A stretch of 64,000 nucleotides of DNA from Paragordius varius. Its lineage: Eukaryota; Animalia; Nematomorpha. The translations under genes were made by a program, and so were the position numbers. The stretch covers positions 11,656,001-11,720,000 of the forward strand of contig OZ176052.1 in assembly GCA_964247055.1 (NCBI GenBank). The letters run 5' to 3'. Of this stretch, positions 13,201 through 24,651 are shown piece after piece. Position 1 is the first letter of the stretch. Each line of letters opens with the position of its first letter. Under the pieces are notes generated by a model. The model worked only from the letters and a program-made list of their open reading frames with translations. It did no database searches and was not told where the DNA came from.

Positions 13201-16200
13201 CTTTGGAGATTGGAGAAACTATCTTTGTTGGCGGTTTAGATCATGAAATAGCCTTACAAACGGGTCTAACTCACGTCCCAAATTTCAAGGGTTGTTTGGA
13301 GGATTTACAATTTGGACGAAATTTTATTGATTTGGGTCGACTGTCTTCCAATAATCCGGGTATGTCCCTCGGATGTCCACAAATCAACACGGCATTATTA
13401 AGTTTTCCACCCTTTTCCAAAGGATACATTTCTATGGACATTGGCCCAATCACATACGATATAACGATTAACTTAAGATTTAAAACTGTGAGTGAAAGTT
13501 CTCTCCTTATGTTTGCCGCTAATGCTGATAGGGTAAAATATTATATTATTTTGGATGTGAAATCAAATTTTGTTTTGAAAAATAACATGATTTTACATGT
13601 TTTTTTAACAAACATTCGTTAAATGCTTCATTAGGGAAATGTACATATTTTTATGACCGTTTTAGAGCGATGTCTTTGCCCTGATAATATTGAGTGGAAA
13701 TGTTGTACTCATTAGCAAAAATGCACAAGACTCATTCAGCCTTTCGACTTATGATAAAAATTTTAATGATGGCATGTGGCATAATTTGAACGCGGTCAAA
13801 GATGATACTGGGTTTATATTTCTTTTAACTTTTAAATATGTATTAAATCATTTTACGCAAAAAAGCTTTTTTTGACTCCAATAATAATGCGAAACTAAAC
13901 TATATCTAAAATCTTAATAAATGGTAAATAAAAGAAACCAAAAACTATCATTTGTGCATAATACCATCATTTTATTATAGGCTATATTTGAGTTTGGATG
14001 ATTCGTATAAATATCAAATACCGGCACCACAGCAAATTTTAAACACAACATCTCCATTATTTATTGGGGGTATTTCACCACAATACACTGATTCTACGGA
14101 AAATTTTACTGGGGCAACTGACTCTTCTCTCTATTTTACTGGTTGTTTGAGTGACATTTTCATCAATAACATGTATATAACCAAGACCAATAAATTATTT
14201 CAATAGTTTACTTAATGATCTTTTGTATATAGTTAAGCAAGTTTTTTTGGAAAAAAAATACTGTATATTAAACTTGCGATTAATTATATCTTGAAAATCA
14301 TAAGTTATAAGCTTTGTTTTATTATTTCCGTCGTATTTTTTCCTAAAAAATATATTAATTTTAAAATACGTAGATTGATTGATTTCACCAATGTTAAACC
14401 AGCAAATCGCCCAAATGTCATGATTGGAGAGTGTTATCATCGATCCTCAAACATTTCCTCCTCTGCTATTGTTAACATTAATGGTTAATTTTTTTTATAT
14501 ATTTCCATATTTTTATACATTTGTGGCTTGGTACAGATTTATAAATACTTTTTATATAATTTTTATCCATTCAGACATCGAAAATTTATGGACAACTCCA
14601 GCATTTTCAAATAATTTATTTGATTCATCTACTACAGCTACAACTCCAATAACAGATGGCCTTCCAAAAAGTTTCAAAATTAAACATTCGATTCTGTCTA
14701 ATTTATTATTAAATTTATATTGAAAGCTTTAAAAATTTTATAATTTCCACAATTTTTTAGCTATTAATAACCCAAGTTTTGATGGAGATTGTGTCTTGCC
14801 CATTGAACCAATGTTATTGGCTCCGATAGGGAAAGATGAAGAACAAGGCTTTTACTTTGACGGTGTGGACAGTCGATTAGAATATGATGATATCCCCAAA
14901 CATAGAATAAGGTAAAATATCATTATGGACAAATAGGTCTTTACAATAAAGGGTTTTTGTGGTTTGTATTTTTGATATATATAATAATTTTATATTTTGT
15001 TTTTACAAACAATACACATTTCTTAAGCAAACATGATTTTTACGGCTTTATTTAGAAAGGCAAAAATTTATTAATAATGGCAGAAATTATTAAAAACTTA
15101 CCTATTTATAAAATACTTAAGTAGTGTGTGCCGTAAATTTTAACTCGTAAAATTTTTTACATTAACCAATCAATTTTTAAGTTGTAATTTTTAAAGATTA
15201 TATATTATTTAATTGCCTATAACTAATCGTCAAACAAAATGCCCATGCTTTAAACATAGGGGTAATGGTAATTTACACATAATGTTATACTATGATATTT
15301 CATAAATTTAGTCATGCATTTTCGCTCCAATTCAAAACGGGCACAGAAAAAGATGGTATCATGTTTTTCGTTACCGATTCACGAATTTACCAATACATTT
15401 ATTTGGCTATGGAAAGTGGTTACCTGGTTTATGGCTTTAAAGTGGGTGATCAGCCTTGTTTTATACGTGTCCCAGTTGTACAAACGGACGCTTTTACCAA
15501 CAAAATTAGCGTTCGATACAATGATAATAACTGGCACGCGTTAATGTTTAATCGAGATGCTAGGATTGGTGAGTTGTACCTTGATGGTGAGAGCGTTGGC
15601 CGCTGTAAATCAGTTTCGGAAGAGGGTTCACTCAACGTTATTCCCCCTTACTATGTGGGTGGAGTTCCCAGGAACTTGGCTCGTAAATTGGGAAAAATTA
15701 ATTTAGTTAAGGTAAGGTAACATTTTATAGCAAAATATTTTTAAATATTTTGCGCATGTTTACTTTTATTTTTCAAAAACAACCACATACATATATAGAC
15801 TGGATTTAAAGGGTGCATGAAAAATTTGACACTTAACTCCATACCCTTTGGCAAACGGTTTAGTCAAGTCAATGTTCACAAATGCCCTGCGCCGGCGGAA
15901 ACGGGATTTTTCTTTAGTGGCAATAATTCGTATTTCCAGCAGGGTAAAATACATCCTTCAATAATATTTTATGATTGAATTTACTATTTTCAAGTTTAAA
16001 TATTAATTTTATTTTGAAAGTAGTAAGATCTTGTTGTTAAAAAGACCTGATGTATGTGTATCAATTTATTCATTTATTTATCTAGAATTATTGGTAAGCG
16101 AAGATTTATCCATCAAGTTTTGGATGAAACCTCGCGTTAAAAATGGCACAATCATGACACTTACAAATGCCAATGGAAATTATCTAAACATTCAAATTGT

Positions 16201-17034
16201 GAATGGAAATTTAGTGTTTTCATTTAATTCTGGGGATGGAACAGGCCCTGTGGTCGTCAATTTTAGTGCACCAAAAAATTTGTTGTGTGATGGTCACTGG
16301 CACTCTGTTGAAGGTTTTTTATATACCATTTACAGTTCAAATTCGCCTTTGAACAATTCAAATTCACCCAAAAAATAAATTATGTGTTTTCGAACTAACA
16401 TAATATCTCATTATTAATATGAAATATATCTTTAAGGCATTATAATTTTTTTAATATTATTATAATTTAAAACAAAATTTTATTTTTTAAAAATATATAA
16501 AAATATAGGAAATTTTTATTCTTAAAAAACACATGAGGGTGAATTTGAATTGTAAACGGATTCATTCAAATTTGTATTAATATTAAAAAATTTATTTATT
16601 TGATGTATACGAACAAAATAATTGATGTATAAACACAAAACATTATATATATGTATACAGTTGTAAAAGCTCAAAACTATGGGACTTTGAGTGTTGATGA
16701 CATTTTCGGAGACTTGGATGGTGTGGAAGGATTCTTTTCTCAATTCACTGGAACGCTTTACATCGGGGGAATACCGGGTAGTATTTGAAATTTTTAATTT
16801 TATCAGGTAAAAAAAGGTGTAAAATTAATTTTGTAAAACAATTATCAGTTTTAATATTCTATAATTTGGTGTGATTTCATATGTATCATAGCAAAATATG
16901 TTGGTAATTCGGGTTTAATGCATAACCAACCCTATATCGGATGCTTTAAACATTTGGCTATAAATCATGTGGATATGGATATTTCGATTGCCGACAAATC
17001 TGTCAATGTTCAAATGGAATGTCCTCTTAATTAA
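1228..17034 (+). CDS. LanA: Laminin subunit alpha, alpha-3/5 (LanA/epi-1) type; 5' part lies upstream of the window
   Basis: Hand-joined GT-AG exons: 1228-1497, 1583-1916, 2167-2519, 4151-4291, 4526-4696, 4787-4885, 4957-5213, 5511-6029, 6386-6481, 6597-6903, 7242-7422, 7795-7938, 8236-8622, 9071-9241, 9317-9611, 10012-10455, 10535-10752, 10866-11024, 11199-11530, 11737-11864, 11944-12527, 12744-13022, 13168-13532, 13666-13811, 13981-14172, 14374-14483, 14575-14670, 14761-14911, 15312-15711, 15799-15943, 16086-16313, 16661-16777, 16892-17034 (ends MECPLN*). Domain order: end of L4b (YCPNLSGC...FWL), LE repeats ([27 protein letters not shown]), L4a ([16 protein letters not shown]), more LE repeats, about 600-aa coiled coil, five LG domains ([40 protein letters not shown]). 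Confidence 0.95.
2928..3929 (-). mobile_element. Non-autonomous Helitron, copy 1 (1002 bp), in a laminin intron
   Basis: On the minus strand it starts TC (3929-3928, after A) and ends CTAG (2931-2928, before T), with the GAAGTCC-loop-GGACTT hairpin near the 3' end and no TSD. Homologous to 28475-29534 and 35028-35618, with homology ending at these termini. Confidence 0.8.
16323..16556. mobile_element. Foldback-like MITE (family shared with 48317-48646)
   Basis: Starts (CCA)TTTACAGTTCAAATTC, ends GAATTTGAATTGTAAA. The arms are built from about 20-bp AACAATTCAAATTCACCC subrepeats. The interior (AAAATAAATTATGTGTTTT...CTCATTATTAATAT) matches the 48.3-kb copy. Confidence 0.7.
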
Positions 17035-17137
17035 ATATATTACTCCTTCGCATTTTTATATCATTGTTATTTTTGGCAATTATGCAATATTCATGTATTT
17101 TGATTTATATTACTAACCATATAATAATGAATTTTTA

Positions 17138-18541
17138 TTACCCTTTGGATACGAATAAATTTTTGATATGAATGACTTTGTGTTTCATTAATTTGAGGAA
17201 ATTATCTGTGTTCGATATAACAATGTTCCACCGATATCTCCGTTTGTAATATTTATAATCGTTTCTTGGGACAAATTCTTGGCCATGGAGTCGGAAATCT
17301 ATAAAGAATTTCGGCTTTGAAGGCCGTAAAAGGCTCCAATTACTTTCGTAATCTGAGGAGTGATTTTTATTCTTCCCATTACTACTGGCAAAAGCGTTGT
17401 GAGACAGTAGGGCTGGAAATAAATTTGCTTTTCGTTCTAACGTTCCAATCTTCTCCAAAACAGTAGATGATTGGGAAATGGATTTGTTTAATGTTGGCTG
17501 CGATGTGCCATTACCCAACAGCAATCGTTTTCTGATTGGGGGTAAGGTCGGTGAATATATATGTTGTCGTTTAAAGTCATTGCATGATGGGGACTTATTA
17601 TCTACACCCAAATCAATGGAATACAATGGATCTTCGATAAATATGGACCGATCCCAATACCTTGATTCAGTCATTTTGCCATTAGTTTTAAACGATAACG
17701 GTTTCACTTCTCTGTCATTCTTACTTTGACCGTGATTTGTTTTTTCTGGCTCAATCCCTTTTTTATGGTCTGCTAATTTTTTTCTGTATTTAGGATAATG
17801 TTTTTTGGGTTTTGCTACAGTAGGCTCAACATTTGAGGTTGTAAGGGCATCCTTTGTATACTTGATTCGGTCAATTTTTTTAGTTGATGGGGCTATTCTA
17901 ATACTCTCATAAATACTGTTTTCTTGTGATACTTGCTCTTTTGAATTAGCTTGATTCGCATCCAAAACAGGAAAACTAATATCATAAGGATTTATATTCC
18001 TGCCATTTTCCTGTTTCGAATTAAAAGTTTTATCGTAGATATTAATAGGGTCCATTTTAACATATATGTCATCATCCTTGTTCTCATTTGTGGTCGGTAT
18101 ATCTGGCAGTGGTAACAAATTAGTTGAAACGCCTATTGATGTTTTGTCAAATTTGTCATTAAAGAATTGTTCTATCGAAGGATGTGATTTTATAAGCTCC
18201 GCCAATGTGCTCGTTTCATTGTAATGAGGTATTAATTTACAATAAACGGATTCATACAAATGGTGGTCATTTTTATCTATGTTGGAAGATTTATACTTTT
18301 CATCTGTAGCCACCAATTTTTTCAATAATTCTTTATCAAGCATTCGCCTTAAATCATACTCATAATTATTTTTTTTGTTCTTATTATTCGAAGGAGGATC
18401 ATTGGATAGCACAACAATACTTTTTTCATCATCTTTCTTAAGGAATGTATCATCAATTTTAGCATTTATGCTAGACCTTTTGCGGAAAACACCACTCCTG
18501 TAATGCATATCGTAAAGCCCAGAATCAGAAGATTCATCCAT
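17138..18541 (-). CDS. Orphan 467-aa low-complexity protein with several Tyr-based motifs
   Basis: A 1.4-kb ORF in very AT-rich DNA is unlikely by chance. The ATG is preceded by an acceptor (CATAG|A ATG) and a consensus donor GAG|GTAAGT lies at 19311/19310, suggesting a 5' UTR exon. No domain recognised. Confidence 0.7.
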   Translation of the reverse strand: MDESSDSGLYDMHYRSGVFRKRSSINAKIDDTFLKKDDEKSIVVLSNDPPSNNKNKKNNYEYDLRRMLDKELLKKLVATDEKYKSSNIDKNDHHLYESVYCKLIPHYNETSTLAELIKSHPSIEQFFNDKFDKTSIGVSTNLLPLPDIPTTNENKDDDIYVKMDPINIYDKTFNSKQENGRNINPYDISFPVLDANQANSKEQVSQENSIYESIRIAPSTKKIDRIKYTKDALTTSNVEPTVAKPKKHYPKYRKKLADHKKGIEPEKTNHGQSKNDREVKPLSFKTNGKMTESRYWDRSIFIEDPLYSIDLGVDNKSPSCNDFKRQHIYSPTLPPIRKRLLLGNGTSQPTLNKSISQSSTVLEKIGTLERKANLFPALLSHNAFASSNGKNKNHSSDYESNWSLLRPSKPKFFIDFRLHGQEFVPRNDYKYYKRRYRWNIVISNTDNFLKLMKHKVIHIKNLFVSKG

Positions 18542-19575
18542 TCTATGTGTTGAGGTTTTTATGATGATATGATAATGTATGTTTTTGGGAATAACATATT
18601 AGTCAAAAAAAAGTTAGTGAGTTTTGAAAGCTAATTAAATAAAATTAATTGAAAGTGATAAGATTCAATTATAAAAGGTTATAAAACAAAGATAATTTTG
18701 TATTGTTTTCTATCTATAGCAATCGATAAAACTGAATTAAACTAAATTTTGAATAGCATCATTTCATCTCAATACCATATTTTCCTTTTTTATCTTTTCC
18801 CTGTGTCTCTGAACTTTGCACTACCTACCTTTAATACAATCATTTTTTTTCTATATATTTTATATCAAATTCAACGATTGATATGTCTATACAATAAAAG
18901 AGGTTAAACAAATAATCAATTAATAATTTTTAATTGAATTCCTCAACCATTGACAATATTTTTAATGTGTAAAATTTTCAGAATACAAGAGGCGTAAACT
19001 ATTTAAAAACATTACATGATTAAAATAACATTTTTTAAATTTGTAAAATTTGATTAAAAGTTTATAAATTTTTAGGTACCTTATATCCGATTTTAAAATT
19101 TTATATGTGAAATGAAATATTTGACTATATTTTACGTGTCAGAATTTTAAAACATTTCTTAAAATATAGCATATGTGATCTTAATAAATATTACGAGAAA
19201 GAAAACCAACATTCTCTCTTAAAATTAGACATTCATTCGAATTTGTTTTAAAATTGCGAATAACAGAAAATTCCAAAAAATTAAAAAACATAATGAAATT
19301 TTAAACTTACCTCCGAATTATATAATTTGATATAAATTATTTGTATTTGTAATTAAATATTTTGCAATAGTCCCGATTTTTATATGACTTATCATATATG
19401 TTTCGTTATCGATGATATTATAATTCAATGGTATAATCAAACCTGGGCCCACTGAGCGCATGCGACCTTAAGAATGTTTTTTATGGCACTGATATTTTGC
19501 TAAATTTTTTATGTATTTGAGGAAAAGACTAAAAGTCTAGATAACCCGGAAATATCAATCAGCCCTCCTAACTCA

Positions 19576-21322
19576 TCATCCGAAAACACCCCACGGAACA
19601 TGAAATAAGAACCCCTGAAAACATCGAGGAGTATCCATGAATTCGTTGGGTTTCGTTTTCATCCATGTAAATGGGCTTTGCATAGTTCTTTTCAAATACA
19701 AATGCGCGGGGGTCTCCTTCGTGGAACTGTGATGCGTGTTTCGGTAAGCCCATAAGATTTGGTTTAATGTTCGCACTGGGTCTGCGGAAAGTGGGGTTGA
19801 CATTGAATAATGATTTTTTAGAGTGTAAATTACCCTCTTTAACAACCCATTTGTTCGGGGGTGGTAGGGAGCTGATGTTACGTTTTTTATATTAGAGGAA
19901 GCTAAAGTTCTTTCGAACTCCCCCGATTCAAAATAAGAGCCGTTATCAGTAACCACCACTTTTGGGTACCCATACCGGCAAAAACAGGTTTCTAAAAACT
20001 TTAGAATATTACCTGTATTCACAGAGCGTAACGTCTCTACCTCCATCCAGCGGGTCCAATGATCAATTAGTACCACCTATAAATTGTCAATGGGTCCGGC
20101 GATATCTAGGTGGAGCCGTTCCCATATGGTTGTATTCCCGTTCCATTGATAGGTGGGATTTTCGGGTACATTTGGGCGCAGCCTTTGGCAGTTTTGGCAA
20201 CTACGCACCCATTTTTCGATATCTTGGCTCAACCCGGGCCATTAAACCTTTTCACGGCTTAATAGTTTCATGGCTTGTATTCCTGGATGGCCACTATGCA
20301 GGTATCTTAAAATCTCTGGCTTTCGGGATTATTACCCGATCTCCCACAAATAATAGACCGTATGCATCCTCAATTTCATTTTTTATTGCGATGAAAGGCT
20401 TGACCAGGGGGTCCGTCCAATTATTAGACCTTAGGGCTACTTTTAATTTTGCTATCGTAGGATCCTTTATAGACTCTTGATAGATAATTTCTCTATTTAA
20501 ATTTAATTCGTTGGACCAAATCAAATGAACATTGCTACTTTCATCGTCTTTCTCAAAAGCCATCGGCTCCTGGTTTTCAATGGGAAGTCTCGATAGGCAG
20601 TCAGCTATGTTTTCTGTACCAGGGTGATATTCTATGTTAAAATCGAATACCGATGTTCTAGTTATCCAGCGTACTAGTTTACAATTATTAACTTTATTTA
20701 GATCTCTTTGAGGCCCAAATAGTTTCACTAGAGGTTTGTGGTCCGTTTTTATTATAAATTTTCTGCCATACAAAAAGGTTTTTAACTTCTCTAACGCTAT
20801 TAGGATAGCTTTTGCTTCTCGCTCAATTACTGAATAGTTTTCTTCAGCCTGAGAGCATTTTTTTGACGTGTAGGCGATCAGGCGATTACCCGCTGTTGTT
20901 CTATGTGATAAAATAGCACCGTATCCTGACATTGACGTGTCGGTTTCCAAGACTATAGGTAGTTTGGGATTATACGGATGCAAGGAACTACTCTGGCAGA
21001 TCAAGTCTTTAGCTTTTTTGAATATCAAATCATGCGTTAGCGTCCAGCACCATTTTTGTTTGTTACCTGCTAATTTATGTAGTTCTCCCATTTAAATGCT
21101 TAGAGAAGGGATGAATTTTGCATGAAAATTAAGTAAACCCAAAAATGATCTAAGAGTGGTTTTGTTGGTCGGGGTCGGGCACTCTTGGATGGCTTTAATT
21201 TTATTTGGGGAGGGTTTAATGCAATTTTCAGAAATAATATGACCAAGATATTCCACAGATGGTTGAAAAAGTTTTATTTTATCTTTGCGCAATTTTAATC
21301 CCATTATCGACCGAGCCAGTTA
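19576..21322 (-). mobile_element. Decayed, 5'-truncated Ty3/Gypsy LTR-retrotransposon pol (RT C-terminus, RNase H, integrase)
   Basis: RT thumb (VEYLGHIIS...LRSFLGLLNF, 21092-21304); in-frame TAA at 21094-21092; RNase H (LETDTS...YSVIEREA...KTDHKPL...IADCLSRLP, 20294-21091); frameshift near 20310 into the HHCC finger (LHSGHPG...V*WPGL...CQNC, with a stop); rve core (VVTDNGSYF...PYHPRTNG, 19576-20076). Order RT-RH-IN is Gypsy. No gag, protease or YxDD segment. Confidence 0.93.
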
Positions 21323-22021
21323 ATATAAAAAAGGATATATATATTTATTTAGTATAACAACAAAACTGAATAATATATTATGATCTGCGTGTCACAATGA
21401 TTCCTTATATATATTATGAAATTTGGTTATTGCATTCACAAGGATAAAGTTGCCTGATTTAAACCTTGTTAAAGATAATAAATATAAATAAAATAATTTG
21501 CATTCACAACCAAGGTAATATATATTTTTAACGTAACAAGGCCAAAAGTGTATTATGCACTAAAAAAGAGAAGGATAATTTGCAACCCTTTTAACAGTAT
21601 TTTAATATATTTATCTGCAAATGTGTCGAACAGCAATGTAGCTATTATTGGGGATGGCCCTTAAGATAAGATCAATATTTTTTGAGTATCTTGAATTGGT
21701 GAGCCCTGTTTTTGGTTGAAATTATTCTTTTTGGCTTTTTTAACAAAATAATTATATATAGATAAACAATATTGTTATAACAAAGATACATTAAAATGAA
21801 TTCGAAGCCTTGTATTTTTTTTTAAAAAGTATGAATAAGCATTACACAGTGTACATTATATTTTGAGGTATATTTAAGGTGACCAGATTTTTTGAAAGAA
21901 AAAGCGGGACAAATCCGAGAAGGGGGGTCATTGGGGGGTACAACCAAAAATTTTTATACAAAAAATTTATTGTAATATTTATTTATTTTTAACACAAATA
22001 CATTATAAATATAAAAAAAAT

Positions 22022-22845
22022 TGTACCTTACAGGTTGTTTATACCTTATTCAATAAATTTACATGTGCACGAACAAAGGGGGAAGTGATTGTAATATTCT
22101 AGAAAAAAATAATAAAGACGAAATCATCACAAAGTGCGCTGGGTGATGCAAGAAGCGGCACAAAAAATATTTTTAACAATTTAGCGGATAATCTCAATCA
22201 AAACATTATTGGCAGTTACACAACGCTATTCAAACAGCTACTGATTTGTTACCCCTGGATGTGGAAAATATAGATGTTAAAATGCTTGGATATTGTAGAA
22301 CTATTGGTTAGCTCTTTTGCCAGCGATTAAAATATTTATATCTCCTAGAATCCTATTTTTTATCACAGGACAAAGGTCAAAATTCCAAGTCAAAAAAGAT
22401 TAGAAAATTTTTTATATCATTACCTAATCGCAATATTATAAAGCATCCATAAAAACAGGTCTCAATGAATAGCCAGAATATAAAAATGTTTTATACAAAC
22501 AGAAACGATTATTTGGAAGACAAGACGGTGCACAATGACACTTTTTAATGAAGTCTCATTATTAAATAAATATATTGAATGAAAACTTATATTATGGACA
22601 ACAGAAAATATACGTAAGATAGAAATGGTTAAAATAATCATTTTTAAGCAAATTATGTTCCATACAATAATATATTAATTGTTGAATTTGCATTATTTTT
22701 ACCTGAACCATTGCTATTGAACGCGTTTTTCCACAGTAAATTAAGTAAGGACACGGAATCTAATTTAAATGTTGAATTAAAGCCATTTTATGTGTTCAAA
22801 TATAATTTGACAAATTATGAAGACTTATACAATATCTTAAGTATT
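22022..22845 (+). repeat. Inverted, internally deleted, diverged second copy of the same transposase inside the hAT element
   Basis: Blocks match the reverse complement of 22960-24335 in collinear order, e.g. CACAACGCTATTCAAACAGCT(A/G)CTGATTTGTTACCCCT, TTTTTATCACAGGACAAA, TATAAAAATGTTTTATACAAAC and CGCGTTTTT..CCACAGTAAAT. Confidence 0.88.
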
Positions 22846-22850
22846 TATGT

Positions 22851-24651
22851 TTATTTTTTAACATAAAAATTTATAATATAAGAAAATATTTTATTCTTTG
22901 GTATATTTTTTGTTTGAACGCGTTTTAGCAGATTGTCATCATTTTTTAAAATATTATAGAAGTCTTCACAAGAATTTGTCAAATTATAGTTGACAGATAA
23001 AACGGCCTTTAAAATTTTGACATTAAAATTTGATTTTTCCGATATCCACACCTGATTTACTGTGGAAAAAACGCGGCCAGTATCAGCGTTGGTTCCAGGT
23101 AAAGATAGTGCGAATTCCACAATTTAAATATTATTGTATGTAATATAGTTGGCTTCAAAATGATGAAGTTTTTCCCACCATTTCTTAACTGTATATTTTT
23201 CTTTTTCAGAAAAAAGATATTTTTCTGAAAGATTACTTGAGAATTTTTGGGAGCAGATACAAATGATTTTTGAACATCGCACCAATTAAATTCTGATTTT
23301 AATGTTATCCATTGAAAATGATCAATTTAATTGAATTGCGTCGTCCAATCTTCCAAATAATCTTTACAGTTTGTATAAAACATTTTTATATGGTACAGGA
23401 TATCTTGGCGATTTACTAAGCCTTGTTATCCTAAATTATTTATTATATTGCGGATGGTTAATGGTATAAAATTATTTTCTAACCGTTCTTGATATTGGAA
23501 TTTTAGGTTACTAACTTCATTGGCTACTCCGATTGCCAAAATTTTGTCACCTTCTATATATTTAATAACATTTTGAAAGAGAGAAGCTTGATTATGTAAG
23601 AATTCTAACCATATTTTTGAAGAATCACTTTCAAAAAAAATTTTTAAAGTTGTATGACATTTGTCCTGTGATAAAAAATTTAAAGAATCATACATTTTTT
23701 AAATTCTTTCGTTAGCTGGCATAAAAGCTAAACAACGAGTTTTACAATATCCAAGCATTTTTTGATATCGAACGTCTGCATTTTCACAGAATTCTTTAAG
23801 CGTTTCAACACGTACGGTGTATATATAAAAATAGGAATATATTTAAACAACTACATTTTCCACATCTAGGGGTAACAAATCAGCAGCTGTTTGAATAGCG
23901 TTGTGCACACCCAACGCCAATAATAAGATTATTTGTTAATTTGTGAAAAATATTTTTTGTTCCCCTCCTTGCTTTTCCAAGAAAGTTCGTATTGGTGTTG
24001 TCAGCTCAATATGCGATAATTTTGTCTTTTAAATTATTTTTATCTAGAATATGCATATTGAAGTAAATATTATTTCGGAATTTTCACCGAGTAGATAAAT
24101 TAAATCTAAAATTTTAATTTTTACTCCGGTTTCTGAATCATATCTTATTAAAGTAATTTTGTTTCATGGTGATTTGATGCATCAGTTAGGGATAAGAAAT
24201 TAATTTTCAGCAAATCTTTTTGTATCTAATGCATGTGGCGAAAAGACATTGCACACAATGGCTTCAGCCTTTGTACAGGCACATGTAAATTTTTTATGGA
24301 ATAACGTGCGAATAACCTGTGAGGTAAAATCCATAGATCTAAAGGAATGATTGTGATAAACGGCGTGAAAAGATGAAACGCCTTCGGCTGATGCCAAATT
24401 CTTTTCTTGCTCTCCAAAAGCGGTTTTCGATAAAAATCGCTCATTTTGTAAAATGATGCCGCCATATCTAAACATTTTTTATGTTTCTGTGTTTCCATAT
24501 GCTTTGTAATATCATGCTTGCCGCCATGTGCTAGGGTGAATTTTCCCTCGCATATAAGACATTTAACAAATGATTTATTCTTCGTTTTTTTGATAAAAGG
24601 AAAACTTTTCATTAATTCATCGTTGAATTTACAACATCTTTTTGTGCTCAT
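22851..24651 (-). pseudogene. Frameshifted hAT transposase
   Basis: BED-like Zn finger (CLICEGKFTLAHGGKHDITKHMETQKH, 24226-24651), frameshift into FHAVYHNHSFRSMD...CTKAEAIV (24200-24475), a middle fragment (23426-23695) and the hAT dimerisation motif (LSLPGTNADTGRVFS, 22851-23120); several indels and stops between. Confidence 0.88.

Noticed and set aside
16329-16380. Short spaced direct repeats here and at 48325-48390 as a CRISPR-like array
   Set aside because: Only 2-4 abutting degenerate units without unique spacers, mirrored at the other end of a MITE, in a eukaryotic intron.
1628-16743. Minus-strand ORFs over laminin (e.g. 1628-1915, 4049-4333, 8976-9179, 15766-15954, 16522-16743)
   Set aside because: Antisense shadows of GC-richer laminin exons; the plus strand gives clear laminin motifs in each case.
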